Shown piece by piece: positions 45,695-56,495 of a stretch of 64,000 bases of DNA. Under the pieces are notes generated by a model. That model was not told where the DNA came from and ran no database searches. It was given only the letters and a program-made list of their open reading frames with translations. The translations under genes were made by a program, and so were the position numbers. Each line of letters starts with the position of its first letter. The first letter of the stretch is position 1. Origin of the DNA: Thalia democratica (Eukaryota); NCBI GenBank assembly GCA_965202585.1, contig OZ241829.1, positions 19,902,001 through 19,966,000 of the forward strand, given 5' to 3'.

Positions 45695-46150
45695 CTAATA
45701 TGCACGTAAGGACACTTTTGCACGGGATGAAATTGTTTTTTTTTTTTTGTTTTTAACAGTTTAAATTTACTATATTTTATACCATCATTCACTACCATCC
45801 CTAACCCTTACCAGCGGTCTTATTTTTTTACTCGTTTTTTTATTGATTTTACTTATTTATTGAGTTTTGTTTTTTACTTTTACCCATAACTCTTATTCTC
45901 GATTGGTAACTTTTTTTTTCGATTTTTCAGTATATTTTACTTTTTTTTCAATTGTTTTTTATTTTTCAATTTTTCATTTTTCTTTTCTATAACTTTTATC
46001 CCTAACCTTTACCCTCGGTCGGTAACTTTTTTTTCGTTTTTTGTTTATTTATTTAAGTTTTGTTAATTTTTTATTCTCATGCAAAAATGACCTTCCGTGC
46101 AAAAGAGTCGTTTGTGCAAAAGTGACCCCTTGTGCTAAAGTGTTTTCGTA
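45695..46150. mobile_element. Second copy of the TTTTGCACG-repeat element
   Basis: Same ends and the same CCCTAACCCTTACC..GCGGTCTTATT core as 40802-41340, at the homologous position of the duplicated unit. Confidence 0.65.
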
Positions 46151-47537
46151 CTATTTAGATGGTTTCAAAACTTCAAAGCTAACGCCTTACTTATTTATTA
46201 TTTATTAAATAATATTATTACTGTTATTATTGTTCGAGTTCAACGTTCGATAGCCCATAGCCCATAATCAGTCGTGACCATAACAGTCACTCATATTTGC
46301 TAAATCAGTAAAAATAACATCTTATTTTGTTGTTGTTTTTAATTTTAAGTGTTTAAATTTTAAATTTTTCGCTAAAATTTTATTATTTTTGAGTAAGGTG
46401 GAATATGAATAAATAAAAACTTCATTTAAAAAATTTCCTGACTCATCAAAAATGCAAATAAGACTGACTTTTTAGTTTACATACCCAAGGTATGTACAAC
46501 ATAAAAACTTATATTCATAGAAAGTTTGGTTTTATTTCAAAATCAACATATAAATGTTCAAAATAATTGCCACTCTAAAACTTTATATAAACATAGTTGT
46601 CCTTCGTGTATTACAAAATTTAGTTTAAACTTTTGTTAGTTATTAGCAGCAAAAGCAACTAGAAGGAGTAAACTATCAAATTGAATATACTTTACTGAAC
46701 AAAACAAAAGTTTTTGAGAATTTTCACTTTGATAATCAAAATTTTATTAAAACTTAAGTTAAATTTTGTAGGAACACTGTTACAGTTTTGCAACCCAAGT
46801 TTTACTACCAAAGCATATACAACAAATTTTCCAAACAAAAGGAAATTTGTAGTCCTCAAGGGCCCTGGTAGGAACTACCTTTAATTGGGGGAGAGCGTTT
46901 AGCTTTAAAGACTTTTACTGAATTTACCTTACTAATTAGGTTTAACTTAGTAATTAATAAGTATGTAATAAACTTAGTATAAACAATTTCTATAGTAAAG
47001 TGAGTTTATTGAATATGTTATTTAAATGTAAATGAAAGTAGAAGTGACAAAGCAGCCAATTTATCAGTAGAATAGACCCGCAAATATAAACACAACAAAT
47101 AAAAACAAAATTCTACAAATTAAAATGTGTTAATAATGTTCTTAAAATTTTGAATGTCACAATCTTAAATACAAAATAGGTCTTACTAATAAAACTACTA
47201 ATAATACAGAGTCTTTATATATGTCGTGCTTCATGCACAACGATGGCTAAACTAAGCACAACATAATACGATAATGTAAATAAACATCAAGATCTTACAA
47301 AAAGAAAATAATAAAAAAGTTCTTATAATCAAATCGTGTGCCTCTCGCACGGTCTTATGGCTTAACTGTGCCATTTAATAAACGTTGTTAAAGTTTTATT
47401 GTGTGTTGATTTAATAAACAATCGTCTAATGCCCTCTGGCGGTCATTTAAAAATATTAAAATATTCATTTTTGTTACAAACTAAGAAGAGGCTCACAAAA
47501 AATAGTGATCAAACAGTAATTGAAAACAAGTTTTAAG

Positions 47538-48158
47538 TAGTGATGTACCGGACCTGGATCCAGACTTTTTTTTGAAATTAGGATCCGGCCAGACCCGGAT
47601 CCGGATAGTTTTTTCAAAATTAGAACCCGCCTGAAGGCCGTATCCGGAACCGGATATATAATATTCTAAGTTATTTGTAATGTAAATAGGAATAAAAACT
47701 ACTATATTCGATAATGCAATTTTATTTAACTAACAACTAACTAAGTATAGTTGTGAAATGTTTATCTTTTATATTTTATATCTAATTATATCATTTTGAA
47801 TTTTGAAAAAATATAGTTTAAAAAAAATTTAGACTAAAAAATATTAATGTGCTGCTAAAATAAATAAAAAATCAGAAAGTTTATAATATGTTATTAAGGT
47901 CTAGTTAATATTAACAGTTAAAAATAGTAGCTGGTATGTTTGCTAATTTAAACTTTTTAATTTGTTTATGAAAAAATTCTTTTTTGTATGCTCTTTTTTA
48001 CTTACTAGATCCGAATCGGCCGGATCTCTGTTAGGATCCGGCCGGAACTGGATCTGAATCTTTTTTTCATATCGAGATCGGACCGGATCCGGATATCAGA
48101 CAAAAATAGCAATATCCGGCCGGATCCGGACCCGGACAGTGAGTCCGGTACATCACTA
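47538..48158. mobile_element. 621-bp non-autonomous hAT element with a perfect 8-bp TSD
   Basis: GTTTTAAG|TAGTGATGTACCGGAC ... GTCCGGTACATCACTA|GTTTTAAG. The termini resemble Ac (TAGGGATG). Confidence 0.9.
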
Positions 48159-49781
48159 GTTTTAAGCCATATCGTTATATTTAAAAGATATGAGATTTTA
48201 AAATATGTTTGTAAATGAATTACTTTTTATTTTCTTTACTTTTTTGTAGTTATTAAAAAGTATTAACATACCATTGTCGCTACAATAATAGATTTTGTCG
48301 TAAAACTAAGGACCTATTAGCTTAAACTTTCACGAATTAAAAAATTAACTGATTAAAGCATACCTCAAATGAAAACTTTTTAAGCAAGGAAACCTGAGGT
48401 TACTAAGAATACTTGTAATACTATTTAGTTTAAACTTTTTATATTAACTTTAACTCTAAACTTTAACAACTTTGGAAAAATAAATTAGTCAAAAGAAATA
48501 AAAAAATAAAATAGTTTATAGCCCATGGAATTAAACTAGAGTTTGTAAAATGTCTAGAAAGCTAAAAAAATTTTCATAAAATTAAAAATAATATGTTACA
48601 TATTCAAAAACATTCCTACCAGGAGAGTCGTGTGGAGTGTTGGACTGCCGCAATTGCACCACCTTAAAATTTAGTAAGTAAATTAAGTACCTGCAACGTT
48701 TTAGTAATTTTTTAGAACTAAATTTCTTGTAAGACTCCAATTCAGACAACGACCATTTTACTCACTACACTACGGCAAACTTTCAGCTGACTGCGAATGA
48801 AATCAAAAAGCAAAAATTTTTTAAGAATTACCTTAAAGTCAATATGAGCGTGAACTTAGCTTAACAGCGTTTTTAGGTACTTTATAAAAATGTCTAGTTT
48901 TAAGACCCAATTATTTTCCTTATCTTAATAGCAAATTAAAAACTTCTTTTTTTATACTAGAGAACGGTCTTTTGTCTTTAATTGAAAAAAATCCATTGAA
49001 CTAGGGTTTGACTTTCTGAGTTGGGCCCCTTTAAAATTTTACCCGTTATGACTTTTTTTGATGCTTTGATATGCTTTTCCCAGTTAATTATTGCTTTTAG
49101 AATATATGACCCATACAAGCTTTACCTAAATTCTTAGAAAATCTATTTAAGAGATTTTTTTGAAGAGTTTAGGTAAAACTTGTATGGGACATATATTTTA
49201 AAACAAAAATTAACTGGGTATAACATATCACAACAACATTAAAAATAATTTTACAAATCTGTTAAAAATGAAAGTTGTTAGAAAAATATTTTATTTTGCA
49301 AAAAAAGCTGTAAATGAAGCCGAAGCAACTCCATTAGGGACAACTGGAGCGGAGGCAACTCGAGCAAGGATAACTCGAGTAGTAATTAACGGAAATTAAA
49401 GCACCTCTGATTTTTTTCTTCACCATCAAAGAAAATACCAGACGGTGCCACTGCTTCCTACTATCCTCAGAAAGACTTTAAGTTATCCAAGTAGAGTAAA
49501 TTGGTTCACACAAATATTTTCGAAATATTTAACGGGATCTTTTCCTAGAACCAAATCCTTTCAAGCGCTTTGTTTTGTCGGTCAATAATCTATTGCATCA
49601 ACTAATATAAATGAATTTTTATCACTTAATAAGTTAAAATGTATTTTATACTCTAGTTAATACAAAAAAAACTTCTAGAAGAGAAAACAGTTTATTGAAA
49701 CATATAAAAACACAAATACTTACAATGTCAGTTAATATACATATAACGAGACACTTCAACGAAACAGAAAATAAATACTGA

Positions 49782-50282
49782 TTACAACCGAGATTCACTT
49801 AATACACAATACAATATAGTTCCGTTTTCGACCTGACACTGAAACAGATTCAAATTTTCATCCAGCAAATTTCCATTGTTGTCTTGTTTAGACAAACCCT
49901 TTACTTGCAGCCCTTCATCAGCAACAATTCGCTGCTTGACCACAGCAATCGAATCCAACTTGTTAGAAAATGCCTTACGAAGATTTCTACTTCCATCAAG
50001 AAAACGAGGAAAAATGACGTAGAAATACGCCCAAGTAGAAACTCTACCGAGTGTGAGAACGAGTTCAGTATTTGGGATGTCCTGAACAAATCTCTCATAA
50101 TTTTTGCACGATCGCAGACCGGATACTTGCTGTGGCTTCTCAGGATAATAAAACAAACATTGGTTTATAACTGGTACGCCGACAGTATCACAAAACCTTT
50201 GTTTGATTTCACGCACAGTGATGGGCACTTTGATGTCCTTACATGTAACTGTTTTACCTTCTAAATGTATTACCACTTGCAT
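49782..50282 (-). CDS. Di-UBL protein, copy H, 166 aa (TTA at the switch codon, stop five codons later)
   Basis: Paralog whose N-terminal half is closest to copy A. Confidence 0.72.
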   Translation of the reverse strand: MQVVIHLEGKTVTCKDIKVPITVREIKQRFCDTVGVPVINQCLFYYPEKPQQVSGLRSCKNYERFVQDIPNTELVLTLGRVSTWAYFYVIFPRFLDGSRNLRKAFSNKLDSIAVVKQRIVADEGLQVKGLSKQDNNGNLLDENLNLFQCQVENGTILYCVLSESRL

Positions 50283-53200
50283 GTTAACAAACCTTCAATA
50301 GTATTAAATGTTTAGTCATAATGGTTAAAATCTACCCTGATTTACACTTAATTTTACAGTTTGAATTCTTTTTTGCGAGCTTAAAGGAAATTTATTGTAG
50401 ATGATTTTAGTGAAATGTTTAAACATGATTAAAAGTTGTTTTAAGTTTGAAAATGAAACCAGAACATCACTACAAAAAGCTTTTACTTATTGTCAGTACT
50501 GTAATTACTATTAATTTTTCCATATTACAGACTTGAGATGAAAAGGTGATTTGTTTCATTTGTAATCAACTTGATCTGCTTTGAAAAGTTTTGCTCCAAG
50601 TTTATTTTCACTAAGATAATTACTTTTAAGTGATAGTTTTTATTTAATGAACAATTTAAATAAATTGCTAGTTTGTTTTAATGAATTAGACTAACTTAAG
50701 ATTTTTATTCTTCTTGGACTAAATTTGAACAATTTGTAATTAAAAGCGTTTTGATTAAGTAACTTCTTTATTTCAAATATGAAATGCAATTATTTCAGTA
50801 ACAACATTCTATTGTTCCTACAATAATTTGATCACAAATAACACTCATTAAGGGATTTAAAAATGAAAAACAGTATTTAAACTTATAAATTTTTCTTAAT
50901 TCAATGACAAATATAAACTAGCTTTTGAATCGTTTTAAATTAGAGTTAAAAAACTGCTTAAATTTTCTGTAATTTTCAAAAACGTAAGAATATTATATAA
51001 AATAAATTAAAACAAAATATCCATAACACCTTACTTATATTTAAACAAATGCTTTTTTTAATTTTTAAGTTAAATAAATAGTTGGCCTTCTAGTACATGC
51101 TGCTATATGGTTCAAAATCTTCTTGTAAAAATTTTCAAAAACTTACTGAATAAAGTTAAAATAAACATCTTTAAGTATACACTATGTTAAATTTAGTTAA
51201 AGTTATTTTTTATAGAAATTAATAAAAAAATATTACATTTTTGAAATTGTGCACAAAAAAATGTTTTAAATAAATTTTATAAGTTAAGTTTAAATAAAAA
51301 TGGAAATGTTCTAAAGTATGAGAAACTTTAACAAGATAACAAAGAAGGTTAACTCATTCAATTAAAAGTTATTAAAAATTAATAAACGAAAGTGACGTTT
51401 GACATATTTTAATCTTGAAATCGTTAGTAATTCATAATTTGTTTGTACAAAAGTTATTACAACATTTCAAACCATTAGTATAAAGAAAAAAAAGAAAGTA
51501 TTTATTAGCTTTAACACTGTGTAATAATATCTATGTTAATATTATAAATATAAAGTAATGATTAATTGTTTGTTTTAGTTTGTTTTCATAAGATTTTAAC
51601 GCTAAATATAAAAAATAAATGTAGTAAAGATTTGTACTTCTATGTTTCTTTTTACTTTGCTATTTCTAAATAGGCTGTTGGTTTTCTTTAACTTAATTAT
51701 TTTTTCAAGAATTTTTAGTTAGTATATAGAAGTTTTGTTTGTTTAAAGCCAACTATCATTCATGTAAAAAAATTATAACAGTCGTCTACGTGTTAAAACA
51801 TTATTTATCAAAGTTATTTAGAGTTTCAGAGTTGATTACAAAATTTAAAACTAAAATAATCATTTTTGTCTGTGCAATATTTTATCGTTCATTCTTTACA
51901 GTGCAATAAATATTTTCTTATATCATTTTCTAACTTTTTAATGTATAAAGGAATTTACATTTAACAAATAAAGATGTGAATATGAAAAACAAAAATATTC
52001 ATATTTTATTGTTTCCTTTTATTTAATGAAAATCAGTATTTAGCTAAGTTTTGATGTCATTAATAACTTTAAATAAAATGTTCTTATATGTAGATAAATA
52101 TTATTAAATATATGTAAACGATAGTTATTGTAAATAAACAAAAGTGCTATAAATTAACTAAATATTCTAAAAAATCTAACTAAATTAAAAAAAAATCAAC
52201 AGCTTTTTTAGAACAAGCAAAGTCAAAAAAAAATACTGAAAGTACAGATTTTAATTTTATAGTTTATTTATGTTTGAGCTTTAACATATCATAAAAACAA
52301 AGTCTGATTTAAACTACCTACATAATAATATTAATGTATAATGATATATACAATAATGTTGTTTTAACTTTACATTACTATATATTTAGAATACTAGCTT
52401 AAATATTATTATAGTGTTCCAGATAAAATGTATATTTTTGGTTAATTTGTTTTGGTTTAGATTTTACAATTTTTAATTATGATAATAGTTAATGTATAAA
52501 CAAATTATGCATTAGTGACAATTTTAAGATTAAAACATGTCAAACGACATTTTCGTTTATTAGTTTTATATAAATCAACACAAATTAATTATAGTTTGTA
52601 TGAGCTAAATTACATAATTGTCTCATTCATATTTCTATTAGCTTACAACATTTACATTTTAATTTGATATAAATTATATTTATAACATTTTTTAGGGCAT
52701 AATTTTAAAAATATTTTACAGTCACATTAAAATATATATTTTAATTTAAAATACCGTACTACTTAAATTGAAGCTTTATTCTCTCAGCTAAAAAAATAAA
52801 ACTTAAATCCATAGTTTCGCACATATTAAAAGGCCTAATGTTTTTCTAATTTAAAATTTACAGAAGTGTTATGTGGATTATAAGTATGGTGGTTTTGATA
52901 TTTTGTTGTAAATTTTAGCAGTTTTTCAATTATCTAATCAAAAGTGTTTAAAAACTTAGTTTATATTTCTATTTTTATAAAAATTTCGTCATTTAAAAAG
53001 CTTCTAATTATTATTACTTGTGATCAAACTTCTTGTAGTGACAATAAGATATTTTTACATTTAAAAGTATAGTTTCAGACTCGATATCAAAAAGATTCTT
53101 AACCAAAACGATTTAAAAAATTACATGTTATTCAAGTTCTGTTAAATAAGTGTGAAAACTAAAAGTTTAGAGTAACTTTGTTAAACAAACTAGCAATTAA

Positions 53201-53591
53201 TTTAGCTAATTCATTCAATAAAAACTATTATTAGTTAAAAAGAATTATTTTAGTGAAATTAATATAAACTTAAACAAAACTTTTAAAAGCGGATAAAAAT
53301 GATGACATATGAAGTTAATCACCCTTCCATCTCAAATTTGTTTAAAAACAATTAAGTAGTAATTACAATATTGACAATATAAAAAATGTAGGTACGTAGA
53401 GTAAAGTGACACTCGAGTTAGCACTTTTTAAGTTGAAATATACTTAATAGTTATGTGAACTTACTGAGTATATCTAATTATATTTATAAAAAATAACCTT
53501 TTTAAAACTCAAAACACTAAAATAAAGTGTAAATCTAGCTAGTTTTTGACCATTATTAGTAAACGTTCAATATTTTTGAAGGTTTGTTTAG

Positions 53592-54056
53592 ATGCAAGTG
53601 GTAATACATTTAGAATCTAGAAAATTTATATTTAAAGACATCAGTGTGTCCATTACTGTTCTTCAAATCAAACAGAGATTATTTCAATGTTTTGATGTGC
53701 CAGTCAGACACCAACGTTTGTTGTATTACTATCCTGAGAAGCCACAACGGGGTCCTGGTCTGCGTTTGTGCAAAGATGATGAAAGTTTTGTCCAGGGCAC
53801 CCCGAAAGTCGAGCTCGTTCTCACATCAGGGAAATTTTCTTATTGGGCGCATTTCTACGTCATTTTTCCACGTGATCTTGACGGAAGAAGATGTGTTTGC
53901 AAAATATCTTCTAACAGATTTGATTCGATTGCTGATAACAAGCAGCGTATTATTGACGATACAGGGTTACAAGTATACGGCTTTTCTAAACAAGGACACA
54001 ATGGAAATTTGCTGGATGAAAATTTGAATCTGTTTCAGTGTCAAGTTGAAAATTGA
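53592..54056 (+). CDS. Di-UBL copy I, inverted, 154 aa, truncated by GGA>TGA (possible young pseudogene)
   Basis: The premature TGA at 54054-54056 removes the final TILYCV segment. The homologous TGA at 54075-54077 and GTGAGT at 54153 are still present. Confidence 0.65.
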   Translation: MQVVIHLESRKFIFKDISVSITVLQIKQRLFQCFDVPVRHQRLLYYYPEKPQRGPGLRLCKDDESFVQGTPKVELVLTSGKFSYWAHFYVIFPRDLDGRRCVCKISSNRFDSIADNKQRIIDDTGLQVYGFSKQGHNGNLLDENLNLFQCQVEN

Positions 54057-54214
54057 ACCATATTGTATTGTGTATGAAGTGAACTTCGGTTGTATCGGCA
54101 TGTATTTTTAGTTTTGTTGAAATGTCTTGTTATGTGTACAATAACTGACATTGTGAGTATAAGTTGACATAGTTTTGTTTTTATGTTTCAATAAAATGTT
54201 TTGTTTTCGAGGAG

Positions 54215-55950
54215 TTTTAAAACTTCAATTTTTTGCTTAATTTTTAATTACTTTTAAGTAAGGTGGAATATGAATAAATGAATAAAAATTTATTTAAAAA
54301 ATAATCCTGACTCAGCAAATATGCAAATCAGACTGACCTTTAGGTTCACTTACATTATATATGTACAACAAAAATTTTATATTCATAGAAAGTCTGGTTT
54401 TATTCCACGATTAATATATAAATTTTCAAAATAATTGCTTCTCAAACATTTAAAAAAAACATAATTGTTCCTTCGTTTATTACAAAATTTATTACAAAAT
54501 TTTTGTACATGACTGTATTTTCAAGAAATTTTACTTCGATAATCAAAATTTTATTAAGACTTAGTTTAATTATTTTAGGAACACAAAAACGGTATTACAG
54601 CCCAAGTTTCACTAAATATTACATAAAGTACTTCAATATAAATCAGACTGAAATAAGGTAAAGTTTTAAAACAAATGTATGAAAATAAAAAAGAACTTGA
54701 TGATTGTCTCATACAAGCTTTAAACTCAAAATAACAAGCTCAAAATGATGGACTATAAATCAAAAATTTTATAATTACTTATACTCATTCTAACGTTTTC
54801 GACCTTATCAATTCAATATGAATCGGCACATTTCAAAATTTAACCATTGGAGATGATAAACTGTCCTTCCACTGTCGACGTTCCGTTTTATTGGAGATAA
54901 AGTTAAGATACATACAAGATGTATACCTACTAAAAACATTTACTTATTACCGTATAATAAATTTGTTTAACACTAATAAACGAACAAATATTGTTATATT
55001 TTGAAAAAATTTCCAAATTAAACCAGATTTATCATTTTGAAAACAATTTTTTTAAACATAACACATAAATTGCGTCAACTAATATTTACAATGTAAGAAA
55101 TTATACATTTTTATTACTTATTTATATATAAACTAAACGCAACTTTTCAACACAACTAAAAATCAAAATAAAGTAAAGTATTAACACGAACGTATGAAAT
55201 TAATAAAAATCGAATAAATGTTTTACACAAGTTCCAAACTCATGAAGAAATAACGAAACAATAATACAAAAAGAAACAGGCTACAAATAAAAAATGTTGA
55301 TTATCTTACGTATAATCAAAACCTCATTTTTCTAGTTACTTCTCAACCGTCCAAATCTCTTCTTTATTCATTTCTCAGCTGTACATTGTGGCGCTTTCCG
55401 AAATTTACCCACTGGGGATGGTACACTGCACTTCCCCTGTCCCCATCTTCTGCTACGTTGAAATAATACCTCCTTCAGATAATGAAATATGTAGTGAGTT
55501 AAAATGAAATAAACAAGTATTTAGAAAATTATTTATAATAACGATAAAATAAATAAACAAATAAATAATAAATGGTAATAAAATAATAAAACTGTAATAA
55601 AAACAAAAAAACCTCTTCTCTCCGTGACCCGGATGTAGAGTGATTAAATAGATCTTTGTCACGTGACACGCCTTTTCTCCCTCGATCTCGTTCATGGCAT
55701 GAAATTGAACTCCTCCTCGTCGATCTCATCTTCGTCCAATTCATCTGGAAGGTGACTCCTCGGAGGGAGAAGGACAATTCTCCCGGGATTTCCATGTTTA
55801 AGATGCGGGCGGGGATTTCGTTTCCGACGGGACCGCATCCGAGGTAGACAGCGTCGTAGACGATCTCCTTGCCTTTTTTGAAGGAAACGATGTGCTCGGT
55901 CATAGTTTTAAACGCTGAAAAAATTAATAATTGATTATATTTACTAATTA
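54215..55950. repeat. Segmental duplication, direct repeat of about 20740-22500
   Basis: Same collinear blocks as the 20.7-22.5 kb copy; begins immediately after the 3' end of di-UBL copy I. Confidence 0.85.
55364..55903 (-). pseudogene. Frameshifted paralog of the 21900-22435 gene (copy 2)
   Basis: Same two-exon structure (55613-55903, 55364-55472). Exon 1 is 291 nt versus 317 nt because of 6-, 4-, 12- and 4-nt deletions, giving a net frameshift after FQM. Confidence 0.85.
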
Positions 55951-55994
55951 TATTAATAATAAACAAACGAGATTAATTTTAACTGCTTTTATAC

Positions 55995-56495
55995 ATTATT
56001 TTGATAAAAATATACTATTTATTATAAATATAAAGGTTAATTTAGACCTCAAGTTAAACGAACTATGAGATACCTAATAATCAAGTATCACAAAGTATAC
56101 TTGAAATTTGAATTAAATTTTAAACGAAGTTCATTAAAAATGCTTTAAGTACCTTATTTTGATAAAAATATACTAATCATTATATATACAAAGTTTAATT
56201 TAGACCTCAAGTTAAACGAATTACGAGAAGCCAATAATCAAGCATCAAGATAAAATATACTTGAAATTCGAATTAAGTTACAAATGAGATTCATTTAAAC
56301 TGCTTAAGCACATTTTTTTAATAAAAATATACTATTTATTAAAAATTTAAAGTTTCATTTATACCTGAAGTTAAACAAATTGTGAGATACCCCATAATCA
56401 AGTATCACATAATATATTTTAATTTAAATCAAATTACAAACGAGATTCATTAAAATTGCTTTAAGCACATTCTTTGATAAAAATATACTAATCAT
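55995..56495. repeat. Minisatellite, about 158-bp unit, about 3.2 copies
   Basis: (G)ATAAAAATATACTA unit starts at about 56003, 56161, 56320 and 56476. Confidence 0.8.

Noticed and set aside
40900-46020. CCCTAACC motifs as interstitial telomere
   Set aside because: Single or double degenerate units inside a dispersed element, not an array.
30947-54027. Short antisense or alternative-frame ORFs over di-UBL copies (e.g. 30947, 31144, 34301, 39092, 44311, 49884, 53644)
   Set aside because: They recur only because the underlying gene is duplicated; lengths and starts are not conserved.
31022-54077. Stop-codon reassignment as the explanation for in-frame TAA/TGA
   Set aside because: MIPEP runs 705 codons with no internal stop and ends at TGA where expected; the orphan gene ends at TAA. 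The standard code fits.
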